Below, piece after piece: positions 10,684 through 23,133 of a stretch of 64,000 bases of DNA; the first letter of the stretch is position 1; every line of letters begins with the position of its first letter. Both the position numbers and the translations under genes were made by a program. The notes beneath the pieces were generated by a model that was not told the origin of the DNA, ran no database searches, and saw only the letters and a list, made by a program, of their open reading frames with translations. This DNA comes from Vitrella brassicaformis CCMP3155 (taxonomy: Eukaryota; Protista; Chromerida): contig CDMY01000770.1 of NCBI GenBank assembly GCA_001179505.1, positions 203,467 through 267,466 of the forward strand, read 5' to 3'.

Positions 10684-13600
10684 TGCGGCAGATCTTGAAG
10701 AGATGACCACCCGACTGTCTGATGAGGCAGCAGCTCAAGTGGACGCCCTTCTCGCGTCGACGGACAGGACGGCGTTCGAGCAGCGCCTCGATGCCCTTCA
10801 TGACACTAACGCAGCCAGCGACGGCATCAACTCGGTGGCCATTCTCCTCCGTATCCGTGACCGGTGCAGCAGCCCCGCCACGCTAGCGCGTCTCGTGTGG
10901 ACCTGCGTCATGGATAGCGCGGCGCCATCCCACCGCAGGGACACGGCGCTGTCCGTCGCAGCACTCCTGGCGAGCAACGACACCCAGCCTGCCGTTCGGG
11001 ATGCCTTTATCCAGGAGCTGATAGTGCACAAGGCGTCGCCGCAGAGGCTGCTGACGGCTGCGGTCGGCCTCATACCGGCGCTTGGTGATCGCAATCCACT
11101 ACTGGTGATCATCAGGACCACAATGCTCTGAAGATCCTCCAGTACGGCAGGGCGATCGACAAGACGCAGGACTTCCACGGGCATCTGGTGGCCAACCACA
11201 TGGACTTCCTGCACATGGTCGACGACATGGCTGCACGCAGGTCAGTGCTCATGGGTGGACAGATGGACGGATGGACATAGGTCGTTGACTCCACTGGCCC
11301 CTGCTTTGCAATCTGTGCATTGTCAGGGATGCGCCCACAGCTCCCTTGTTTGCTCCGGATGTGGTGATGATGGAGTTCATCAGGAAGCTGCTGGAGGGAG
11401 CGACGCCGTCGGCCGCCCTGGTGTCCTTGAGGCTGGCGTCTTTCCACAGCCTGATGGCCATGCCGCCAAGCGAACGCTTGCCGACCTTTGAGCTTGCGTG
11501 GAAGATGTATGTGTTCGTAGTGGAGCTGTTGTCCAACGGTGAGTCAGTCAGTCAGTCAGTCAGTCAGTCCGTTGCTCGAGCGCTGACCAACGGTGGCGTT
11601 GGTGATCAGTGAAGCTCCCAGATGCCTGGCAATCACATGTATGTGCCCATGTGTGTGACTGGTGTGCAGAGCGGGCGAGCGAGGCCTTCGCTGCGGTGTC
11701 GGGAGGGCTTGAGAAGCACGCCTTCGTCTATGCAGATCAGCTCGGGGGCGTCACGTCCACCAGTGCGACACCTGCAGACAAGTGGGGGGCTTCTGTCAAG
11801 TTGGGCGCCATCACCAGACTCATCACTCTGCTGGACATTGCGGAAAGAGAATTCCCAGGTATGTGTGCCACGCAGGTACATGTGCACCAGGCCAGCCTCT
11901 CTCCCTGAATGTGTGTGTGTGAACAGAGGCGTCTTGTGAGCATGGCGGTGAAGTTTATGACTTCGTCGAGAGAGTGACCCAGCCGGCCGTCTTGGGGGGC
12001 ATATCGAGTGTCCTCAGCGACGTGGCTCCCACTCTAGATGGCCACACAGCACCGCCGGAGATCAGCATCGCTCTCTCGACGCCAAAGCTAGCAAGTAGGT
12101 CACCTGACAGGCAGACAGAAAAATAACAAAGAGGGCAGTGAAGGGCGATGTTGTCTTGCGCTGCTGTCTGTTTCTTTGGCTGCCTGAGTGCAGGAAACAC
12201 TCAGTCCCTCATCGAGTCGGGGCTGCCCGCGACCTTCGTCAAGCTCGTCAACGACGAGAAACTGATGCGCGGCGAGGGAGGGCTGATGGTGCTTGGCTTT
12301 CTCACGCGCCTAATGCAGATAATAGCAGCCTTCGCACCTCAGGTACATCTGTGGGCCGAGTGGGGTCCCTCTCTGCACATGTGTGTGTGTGTGCGCTTTG
12401 CTCGGCAGGTCGCCATCGGGGAGCAGTTTGCTCCTGTCGTGTGCAAGGCTTTGCTCCGCATGTCGAGAGGCTATCACGGCAGCATTCCAGAGCTCGAGGG
12501 CCCAGAGCTCGAGGGCCCAGAGCTCGAGGGCGCCGAAGAGAGTGTCGTCGACAGCGCGTGTGGCATCCTGCAATCACTCATCAAGTTAGTGGGTCACTGA
12601 CACTGACTGGCGGCGCAGCGCGACTTTGTCTGCGCTCCCGGCATGCAGATATGGGGAAGAGCGGATGGGGCGGAGGGGGCACACCCGCAACAACATCGCC
12701 ACAGAAATCCTACAAGTAATTGTGCACACACAATACGCACGCCAAGACAATCCCAACAAGGGGGCCATTCTTTCCCTGTCTCTGTGGTCAGCTCGACTCT
12801 GTCAAGGCGCTACGTGGAGTAGAACAGCGCAAGGGCAAGAGGGACAAACGACTCAACGTGCCCGAAAAGGTCAGCCGAGACGCACACCGCATCACGTCAC
12901 GTACACACACCCCCAGGACTCTCTCTGTCGTGGCTATCCTGATCATTTCATGAATCGACATGCAGGTGCTCGCACTATTTAATCGCATCGAGAAGGAAGA
13001 GGACAAGCGCTATGACAAGGCCCTCGACAACATGTCCTTCGACGACCCGCCCCAGCCCGCTGCACAGCGCACCACAACCAGCACATCATCCGGCAAGAAG
13101 AAGCGACATAACAACAAGAAGGGCAAGGGCGGAGGACGGGGAGGCGGCCAGAGCACCTCGGCGGCTGCCAGTGCATCGTCATCGAGCGTCGCTGTCGAAC
13201 ACACACGGTGGCAAAATAGCTTGGGGACGGGGCCCGCTAATCGATATGTGACGTGTCATGTCCTGCCTTTGTTGCTCTGTGTGTCGGTCAGCGCTGAGTT
13301 GTCCGATGATGGTGGCGCGCCAGCTGATGGCGACGATGGGCCGGATGGCGACGAGCAGCAGCCATCGGTGTCCGTAGGCGGTCTCCCAAATGATGTCGAT
13401 CAGGGGTAGGCACAGCTCATACACACCACACACAAACTCAAGACGCCAGCCAGGCACATGAAGTCGTTCACTTCTCGCATCCTTCCATCGTCGTCTGTGT
13501 GCGGTCCTTTCTGTCAGTCGTCTGCCGTGTTTGACCCCTCCACCGTCCTCCCCTCCCCCTCACCCGACGCTGCCCACACCTCCACCACCTCCACCGCCCT

Positions 13601-13792
13601 CTGACTGCCCCCAGCGGCACGACAAGGACAGCAGGGCCAAGACCGCTTTACAGCCAACCATGTCGCCCGCTCAGCTGGCATCCCAGGAAGCCGCGGCCAA
13701 GCGGACTGAAAGCCAGAAGGAGGGCAAAGGCAGAGAGAACCAGACGGCCAACAAAGGCAGGGGCAAGAAGACCAAGAGCGGCAAGGGCCGAC

Positions 13793-13824
<32 letters not shown>

Positions 13825-16146
13825 CGGAATGAGGCGAGCCCCTCTGATTCGGTGGCGGGGCCATCGGCGCCCTCCACTGCCGCATCCACCAGGTACAGCC
13901 GTGAGCCACCATGGTGACTGATGGACACCTCACTGCCTGTCTGCCTGCCTGTCTGCTGTGGTATGTCCAGCCGGGCGTCGGCTGCGGCTGATGAGGCTGA
14001 GGCGGGCCAGCCGGAGCCCTCCTCGTCCAGTGCGATCGACATGTGAGCAATCAATCCACTTTGCCATTGCCTACCCATTCCCTCTGTCTGTCCTGTGGCT
14101 TCTCTTTGCAGGTCGAGTGTGGCCGCTGTGCCGTCCGTGTCAGCGTCGTTGGCGGACGGCGATCGGCCTGGCGGCGAGGCAGTCGAGTCGGCGGCTGATG
14201 CCATTGGAGGCGACGGCGATGGTGTGGTTGAGGACGGTGAAGAGATGCTGCTCAATTCGGCATTCGCACGGCGCGCAAGAGAGCAGATGAGTGGGGGCAA
14301 GAAACAGAAACAGAAGGACAGTAAGAGCAGCACGAGGCCCACCCCAACGCCCACATGTCAGCTGAGCAAACCGTCCCTGCCGTCATTCCAGCCCGCGGCC
14401 GAGACCAAACAAGAGGAGCACTCTATGCCTGCCGCCAATGAGGATCGTCGTTGCGGCGGCATTCGGATGCCCTCACCCATTCCACTGTCGAGTGCTGCAT
14501 TCTCTGCGGGCCAGTTCAGCAATGGGGGGGCGGTCTCCCGTCAGCCACCTGCTGCCATGCCGAAGCGTCCCTCGATCCGTCCGCTACTGTCTGAGAATGA
14601 GAGCCCGTCTGGCTCTTCGTCCCCTCCTCCCCGGCCTATGCGAGGTGGTGGGGCGGGGAGGGGCCTCATGACCATTTTCGCCCATGAGAAGCTCACCCAC
14701 CCTCCCCCTCCTCCCGCCGTCCCCTGCCCCCGGCTCCCGTCGCCCCTGGAGCTGCGCAACAGACCACCAATGTACCACACCGGACAAGACGACCAGCAGC
14801 AGTCGACACCTGAGGAGTGGCCAAGGTAAGGCCATCGCAGACAACTGCCGATGACGGCATGTATGTGCAGCCCCCGCCGGGCATTCCAGCGCCACCCGCA
14901 CCCCACTCACCGGTCGACTCAAGGTCAGACATTAACGACACACGTCAACGCCTGTATCGTCTGATTGATTGCTCTGTGCCTGCCATGCCATGTTGTGCAG
15001 CAGTCTCCCTCCAATGAGTCATTCGATTCCTGTGAGCTGCGGTGACGGCCCCCAGCCGTCGGGCGGCTCTCCTCTCCATTCATTCGGTTGTCCACATCCA
15101 TTCCAGTCTGGCCCACCGGCTCCCGCTGCTGCTGCTGCTGCTGCTGCATCGTCATCATCTAAGGTGCATTCTATGGCAACTGGCCGGCGGGGCCGTATGC
15201 GGCCGCTGAGGGGGGCGACTATGGCGAGTGGCCTGACTATGGCCACAGTGATGGTGAGGAGCCTCCCTCACCACCGCCCCCGCCCTTCCCCATCTTCGAA
15301 GCGGACGAGGCTCACGCACCAGACAGCACGGGCAGTGGTTGGAATGCGCTGCCGATGGGGTGGCTGGGCGGCCAACAGGGCACCGACAGGGCCAATGCTG
15401 CTCATGGGTAAGCCAACGGAACAGGGCAGCCCAGATGCTTTGGCGTATGCCCATCTTGGTGTCGTGTGTGTGTGTGGTGTTTGTAGGCCCTTTACGGGTC
15501 CGCCATCTGTTGCGACTGAATTGCAGCGAGAGAGGGAGGAGCGGCGGAGAGAGAAGGAGCAAGACGAACGCGAGAAGGACGAGCTGCGGCGCCAGTAAGG
15601 CAACACGCCGCACACACGGCAATCAACGTATGACTGAGTCTCATTGACTGGTCGCTGTGGTTGTCTGGTTCGTTCAGGCTAGCTGCCCTGAGCTTCTATC
15701 AGCAGCAGCAGCAGCCCCCATCGTCCAGCAGCTCATCCGCCCCACCACCACCACCACCACCACAGCCATACCCATACCAGCAGCAGCAGCAACTGCCGTC
15801 GGCCCAGCAAGAGGGAGATGGCCATGAGTGCGCCATCTGCTTCGACGCGGCCCCCTCGGTCATGTACATGCCCTGCAGACACCTCCGGGTGTGCCGCCAG
15901 TGCTACGACCACCGCCGCAGCAAGCTACAGCAGGACCTCCAGAGAGTGCGGGCGGAGAATGTGCGGCGGGGTAAGGAGAATGAGGACATCGAGAGGCAGA
16001 ACCAGGGCCGCAAGAAAGAGGACCGGATAGCTTTGGTGGACCTGCTGGACGAGCCGGAGTACCTGTGTGAGCACTGCAAGGAGAGGGTGGTCTTCGCCGG
16101 GTCGCGCGAGGAGGTGCGGCAGTGGGCCGCGCGGGCAATCACATGA
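10684..16146 (+). CDS. Large multi-exon protein: helical N-terminal region, low-complexity middle, C-terminal RING-HC finger (putative E3 ligase); apparent frame break near 11115
   Basis: Chain of GT-AG-bounded exons with coding composition ending in CAICFDAAPSVMYMPCRHLRVCRQC...CEHC. The splice from the donor at about 15596 to the acceptor at about 15678 links the RING exon upstream. It may be more than one gene. Confidence 0.6.
12487..12531 (+). repeat. Coding 15-bp tandem repeat x3 (PELEG)3
   Basis: Three perfect copies of ccagagctcgagggc, in frame in ORF 12148-12600. Confidence 0.95.
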
Positions 16147-16940
16147 CTGACCGTGCGCGCCGGGGTTGATACGACATCGCTGGATGGGGCCACAAGGGGA
16201 GGGAGGGAGGGACAGTGTTTTGTGGTGCCGGCTGCATATTGTGTGGATTTAACTTCATGCAGAGAGAGCGAGGCATCCGAGGGCTGTTTGTACGTTGGGG
16301 AGTGGGTGAGTTAGGTGCGTGTGTCTGTATTGCTCCCTGGATGGACTCAATAGTGTCTTCGTGTGTGTGCGTCCATGGCTGGCTAGGGCGGTTCCTCCCG
16401 ACATGACGCACATATGGCGTCATGCGTATACACATACATTTGTGTGCGTGGGTTTATCGAAATCGCTTCCACATGTGTGTGTGTCGGACCGTCAATCTCG
16501 CGGCTGCATCGAATCGCATTGAATGCATTTGTGTTCTATCGCGAGTGGTTTGTAGCACCTTGAACACTGAACGCCACGGCACACACGAAATGCAGCCGTA
16601 TCAAGTCGACCCCACGCAGTCCATCCATCCATCCAGGCGACACTTGCCTCCTACACACACCTGCCGGCCCTCCCCTCTGCTATGAGGTGTCCGCCAACTC
16701 TGTACAGCTAGGCAGTCATCAAGACATCCACACACACGTACACACGCATCAATGCAGGGATGCACCACACGAATGTCGCCAGCCACCGCCCGCTACTCAC
16801 AGCAACTCCCCCAACTGCCGCTGTGCTACGATCCACCACAATAGCCGGCCTGCCAAACAACCGCCAACACGCACAGCAGAGATGATCATCGTCACACGTA
16901 CAATCGGACTGGCGTGTACACTATTGCCATCCCTCACCCA

Positions 16941-19102
16941 TCAGCCATTGCGAACTGCTACCACAATAGCAGCTCCACGCGTCAACAGATCCACGCGAGT
17001 GATTGTGAAGCCTCTGATGTTGGTGCCCTCGGGGAGGGAGTCGAGGATGGAATCATGCTGCTGGGGCGTCGTGGGGTCCACATCCAGCCTCACATGCTGC
17101 AGGCCCCTGACGTGGTCGATCAGCGATGAGAGGCGGGCGTACACGTGGCTGCCCACGTCCTCCTCACCAGCACCATCCGGCACTGAAAGAAGCCACACAC
17201 ACACGCACAGGACAGCAAGGGATGTTCGCGCAAACGAAGACGGAAGGACACATCCCCCCCCCTCTGCGTACGCTTCATGATGATCCATAGGTCCTTGATC
17301 TTCGGCAATCCACCGGCCGCCCCCACCAGCTGGTCGACACCGACCTCAACCATCTCCACATTCCCCACCTCCCTCTCACTCCCAGCGCCGTCAGCACACC
17401 CACCTCGTCCTCACCACCCCAGCGAGTGTCCACGCCCCCCACCTTGTCAGGCATCTTGGCGGCCAGCAGCCGGCCCGCAGCACCACCCAATCTGCTGCCG
17501 ATCCACAGGTGTGTGGCCTTTGGGAACGGCTGCTGCGGCAGGTGGGCGATGATGGAGGGATGGGGCGAGTCGGCGTTGGCGGGGGGATCGAAGTCATAGG
17601 CGTTGCGGACCTCCACCGAGCCGGCCTCGTCGAATGTGAGTGTGTTGGCGATGTCGATGGCCGACTCGCTGGGATTGCGGAGGTCGTCAGTGAGGTCGTC
17701 CTGGGTGAGGGAATACTGCACCTGTGTGACCTGCCGAGCCAGCTGCTGGATGACGCTCTTGAGCCAGGGCGAGGGGTGGGTGGGGATCTCGCTGTGGTGG
17801 AACATGTTGAGGTCGAAATACGTGCAGACAGGGGAGCCAGGGGAGGTGAATGTGACGGGGGCGTCCTGTCGGCAGCACTCGGTGGCCAGCCGGTCCACGG
17901 CCAGCAGGACGGGAAACGTGCGGCGGCCAGCGTCGAAGAGATCACACGACACGTCCAACCGCTGGAGCGACCGTCGGCAGCCGCGCGCCAGGAGCACAGC
18001 CTGAAGGCAGGAACACACAAACGAGAGGGCACGAACCAACTCACAGGCCCTGCTGTGCATTTCCTTTGTTGTTACCTGCAGCCGCTCGACGCCCAGCTGG
18101 TCGGTGCTATTACCACGGATCTTGATGGTGCCGATGGCCTCCAGCTGGGAGAGTGGCCCTCCCTGCTGCCCAGGAGGGGTCTCAGGAATGCCCTCAAACA
18201 CACCCGCCCACCCGCCCTCGTCAAAGCTGGAGCTGCCGCCCACAAACACACGCCGCAGGGAGCTGGATGTGCTGATGAATCGGCCGAGTGTGTCAGCATC
18301 CCACCCCTCCTGCTGCACGACAGCGAGAGAGGGCACTCGCCAGCGGCGGTCGGCCAGTCCCTGATGGACGGGCATCAAACCGACGATGTTGGTGAGTGCC
18401 GGGAGGGCCGGGGGCGGGTCGGCAAGGGGTGGGAGGGGTGGGTGTGTCCTTGTGACGGTCTCCCTCTCCTTGCGGGTCAGCTGAATCCCCTCGATGGTGA
18501 TGGTGTGCAGTGTGCCGCCCTCCATCTTGGCTGCACGCCGCGCGGCGATATGACCCTCCACCATGGCAACGAAGACGTCAGAGCACCAAAGAGTGAAGCC
18601 AATGGGGTAGCAGAGGACGACACACGTCAGCTGTGTGAGCAGTGTCGCGAGCTGATTGACGAGGGTCATGGGCACTCGCTGCCACAACGACCGCTCCTCT
18701 CTGTGCTTGGCGCTGATGACGAGGCGATGCTGGCGGGGGGCCGCCTGCTGCCACGTCTGGTTGGACACACGGACCAGCAGATGGAGGGGGAGGGAGGCCA
18801 TGACGATGCTAAGGAGGCCCGGCTGCACACAAACCCACAGCACACATGACCGGAAGAGAAATCCATCAGTGCACACATGGCCTCAGTCTGTGGGCGGCTT
18901 ACCGTGTCTGAGATTTGCTGTTTCTCTCCCTCTCACTCACACCACCACCACCACCAGCGGATGCCGTTGAAGCCGCAGCAGCAGATGCAGCCTGCTCTTC
19001 GTCACGGCGAGACCTCTCCACCTGCAAACATGGCGCAACACAAACACAATCCACCAATGCAGTCAGCCATGGGCTGCGCCTCACCTGTCTATCGTTCTCC
19101 AT
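16941..19102 (-). CDS. Lineage-specific family member, copy 1; 1-bp frame break near 17382, so possibly a pseudogene
   Basis: ORF 17275-18876 plus terminal exon 16941-17192 and short 5' exons (MENDRQ|VERSRR...). Shares motifs with copies 2 and 3: LWQRxP, GPLxxLExIGTI, ARGCRRSL, GGAAGRLLAxKMP. Confidence 0.75.
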
Positions 19103-19557
19103 GGCTATCTGTGGTCGAGATGCTCTTGGCTGCGATGTGATGTGATCTCGAGCGCCCTCTATGAGGCGGCTAATACCCGCTGCTCACGGTGTTACCAATT
19201 CCCTCCCTGACGCACACATACACAAAACCAGACAGACAGCAGGCACATGAGGGCGGCGCCGACGGGCGAATTTGCCTTCTCGCTGCCTGACTACCGCAGG
19301 GTGGACCGAGAAGGATGGCTCTCATTCAACCCATCGATTTGAGGGTCAGCAGGCACAGTACGGGGCACCAGGCGCTCCTCGATGCGGAAGGCTGTCTGCG
19401 TCCATCTCCCGTCGTTTTCTGCGCTTCTCTCATCTGCGAGCTTAAGTTGGGGAGAGCAGAGGATTGGACTCATCGCAAATCGGCGAGAGAGCCTCCATAT
19501 GGACTGCACATTCACACCAGCGCACGGCATGCAGTCAGCGCAGCCGTACGTATCAAG

Positions 19558-19885
19558 TCAAATGCATCCATGTGAAGCCGTTCCACTACATCCACCCATC
19601 AGGAGGCTGCTAAGTTGTGCAGGCACGGCAGACTCCAGCAGGCTGCGTGTGTCGGCGTCCAGGCCAAGCAGCTGCAGCACCACCGTGGTCGCACTTGAGC
19701 TGCAGCAGCGATCTCACGCTTGAGCAGACGAAGTCGACGAAGTCGGAGACGCCAGTGGGACCTAATGGGTTGGACACGCAGACATACGAACAGACAGACA
19801 GACAGACAGACAGACATTCACATGCAGGTCGACCTGCCCTCCCACCTGTGAGTTCGACAGCCAGTCTGGTGGTGTACGGGAGTCC
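19558..19885 (-). pseudogene. 3' relic of a fourth family member (end of penultimate exon, last intron, frameshifted last exon)
   Basis: LPYTTRLAVELT|gt...ag|PTGVSDFVDFVCSSVRSLLQLK aligns with FPHITTLGVDLT|gt...ag|PAGVSEFVEFACSSMRSLLQLR at 20077-20470. There is one extra base near 19688 and no upstream gene body. Confidence 0.8.
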
Positions 19886-20076
19886 ATGATGCCTGACTGC
19901 ATGTATGGGACCGTCTCGACACACGCGTCAACAATCCTCACTTCAGCATGGACCACATAAACGTCTCACGCCGTGCAACATCTGCACATACATATACAAA
20001 CGGCACGTGCACCAATTGATTCGAATGCAGGCACGTCACATCAAACCGTCCCACTCAACGCAACGCCCGCAGCTAT

Positions 20077-22254
20077 CTATCCACTGTGGATGGCAGCGAT
20101 GGCCAGCTTGTTGTCCTGCTGCATGCACACTATGAGCGGGCCCCCGACGCTGCTACATTGCTCAGGCACAGCAGACTCCAGCAGGCTGCGTGTGTCGGCA
20201 TCCAGGCCGAGCAGCTGCAAGAACACCGCCCTGCACCTGAGCTGCAGCAGCGATCTCATACTCGAACAGGCGAACTCGACAAACTCGGAGACGCCGGCGG
20301 GAACTGAGGGATTGGACACGCAGACAGACAGACAGACAGACAGACAGGCAGACATTCACATACAGGTCTCTCAGTGGGTCTGTCTACTCACCCTCCCACA
20401 TACCCACCCACCCACCCACCTGTGAGATCGACACCCAGTGTTGTGATGTGTGGGAATTCATCTGCATGGTCCCCTATGCTGATGACATCCCCGCTGCCCA
20501 ACCCCCGGATAGCAATCGCAGTCACCATGTCAAACTCCCGCTCCCACCCGATCGCCTTGATGGCCTCCACCGCCCACTCCTCGGTCATGTCACTGGTGTT
20601 GAGTCGCCGCAAGTTGGGCATCTTGCTGGCCAGCTGGATGCCGGCCGCCAATGCCGTGTGCTTGTCGAGTGACAAGAACGACGCCTGCGGCATGGGCTGG
20701 ATCTGTTCGATGAGGGCGGGTGCAGGGTTGGTGGGGGCGGGCTGTGCAGGCTGGTCGCCACCGAGCACAGTCACACTCGTGGCCTTGTTGAATGCAAGGC
20801 CTCTGGCCATGTCGAGCATCGCAGGCGTGACCGGGGTGGCGAGGTGGAACTCAACGTCCACGAGCACCCGAGCCGCCTGGTCGGCCAGCTGGCGCAGGAC
20901 AGTCTCGAGGATGAGAGAGGGGGCAGCGGGGAAGAGGGGGCAGTACAGGACGCTCAGGTGAAATCGCGGAGCAGCACTGGTGAAGCTGATGGGGACGTCT
21001 CCGATGCACACCGCACTGGCGAATGACTGGAGGGCCACGGCTATGTCGAACACCCCTGGGCCCACAATCGACTCGTCGACGAAGTTGACCTTCAGCGACC
21101 TGAGGGAACGACGACAGCCTCGTGCCACGAGGGTCGACCCCAGCTCCTAAGAAAGGAAAACAGACAGGAACATAGTAAGCATCATTGCATCTGTCGTCCA
21201 TTGCGTGTTAGCAGCCTGCTGACCTGCAACCGTGTGCACCATACTGTCAATACCTCTGGATCCATCAGGTCGCCGGGGACCTCAATCGTCCCGATATCCT
21301 CCAAGTTCGCCAGTGGCCCCGGCTGTCCCTCCTCTGCTGCGACAGGCACCTCCTCCAGCACCTCGGCCTTCTGGTCGACCGTCGAGGGCACGTCGAACAC
21401 CCTCAGGCACCGCGACGAGCCGACGAGTGGTCCCAGTGTGTCGATGTGCTCGTGCGCCTGCACCCGCTCCAGCGACGGGGCGCGCCAGCCGCGGTTTCCG
21501 ATGCCGCGATGGTGGGCAGTGAGGCCGCTAATGGATGTGAGGGCGGGGAGGGAGGGGGGCGGGGCACACACAGGGGGTAGGGTGGGGTTTTTTGATCCGC
21601 CCGACGGACAGCATATCGACCTCGCTGAGCTCAGCCGCCTCAAATGTGATTGCCGTGAGTGAGCCGTCAGGGATGTCGGCCGCCTCTCCCCGCCTCTCTG
21701 CCTCTCCCCTCTTCTCTGCGACCATCGCTGTGCGGCCCTCTGTGTGGCCTTCGATGAGCGCCGTGATGACGTTCAGACACCAGGCCCCCCCGCCAGCCGG
21801 GTGACAGCACCAGATGCGGGTGAGTTTGGGCATGCGGCCGCCCCACGTCTTGGCCACGTTGACGGGCATCGTCTGCCAGAAGGCCCTGTCGGCGGCCCTG
21901 GAGGAGTCGATGTCGAGCTGGCGGCACTGAGCCCCGGCCCCCATGGCGATGCTGTTGTTGAAGAGCGGCCACACGCCATAGCCCGAGATGTGAATGAGAT
22001 CCTCACACGACAAACGCCTCCCAGCCTACAACAGCAAGAAGATCCAGGATTGTCGAATGCATCAAATTTGGCCTGCTGCCGGTCTTACCGGTCCTTCATT
22101 GATTGGTCGTCGTCCCGACTGATGGACCAAACGAAACGACGTGCCTGTGGCGCTACTCATCCTGCACGCACCGCATCCACAGGGCAGTCCAGTCCATGGG
22201 CAGGGAATGAATGGAGGCGCTCAACTCGCGAGTGAAGGCTGGGCTCACCTGCAT
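20077..22254 (-). CDS. Lineage-specific family member, copy 2; +1 frame break in an A6 run at 21588-21593, so possibly a pseudogene
   Basis: ORFs 21528-22013, 21182-21643, 20388-21128 and 20077-20355 are collinear with copy 1 and have the same intron positions. The start is tentative (MQ|AGRRLSCEDL). Confidence 0.7.
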
Positions 22255-22653
22255 ACATTCTCACAGGGAGGATGACCGGCATTTCGTTCAAGTTAAAGAA
22301 TCGCTCCTCCCACGACTCCTTGACGGGTCAACGATAACAGATCACGCCAATGGTGTCAGGGAGGTGTAGCACCATGCTCGCGCACCGGTGAGCTCGAAAA
22401 GCATACAATGCGGGTTCGACCCGCCCCCTTCCGCCACAGCAGGCCTTCTTGCCTTCTTGGCTCATCTGCAGCGCCTTGATTCGTTGCTTCACGGCAGCAG
22501 CGGCTTCGTTGCTTCACCGTCTGCAAGCTTGGCTTGCAGATCGGGAGCTCGCAGAGAAGATGGCGTCGATTCCAAAGTTCTGATGCTCTGCTGGTGCTGG
22601 ACTGAAGCCCCGAGTGGCTATCTCGCGAGATCTTGCTCCGTCACGCCGTGGTA

Positions 22654-23102
22654 ATGAGATCTCCTCCATCAGTGTGCTTGGCTGCCGTGTTGGCGGCGCT
22701 GCTGCGGCCTACAGGCGGTGCTGCCGTCACAGAGGTGAGGGCAACGCGACACAGACACACACACGCATGTGGGATGAATCAGACCGGCGCACGACTGACA
22801 CGGCCGTCCGGAGTGGTTGCCTTTGTGTGTGTCTGCAGGTGTATTTGGCCACTGCAGAGGGCCTGGGGTCAGGCGAAACGCGCACCTACCAGGTGAACCA
22901 GTGAAATGCACGACAGAAGCGCACACACACCGCTACACAGATGGTGCACCTGTGTGCGCCTGTGTGTGGTGTCAGTTGGCTGTGGGTGAGGGCGGTCAGC
23001 TGCCCTTCGGTGACGGTTATCTCGATTTGCGTGTGGAGATCGCCGTCACAAAGTCGAGAGACTGCGAAAGGGTACGCACACACACACGAGAGGCAAGTCG
23101 AC

Positions 23103-23133
<31 letters not shown>

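Noticed and set aside
12487-12531. Vector polylinker contamination (SacI/XhoI/ApaI sites)
   Set aside because: The sites arise from an in-frame PELEG repeat inside a normal exon, with no other vector sequence nearby.
21587-21593. Canonical -1 ribosomal frameshift at AAAAAAC
   Set aside because: The heptamer is phased AAA AAA C rather than A AAA AAC, and the shift needed is +1.
22270-22460. In-frame TGA (…VICYR*PVKESW…) as selenocysteine or readthrough
   Set aside because: No recognisable homology or SECIS element, and the splice phase to the next exon does not fit. It is probably UTR or promoter sequence.
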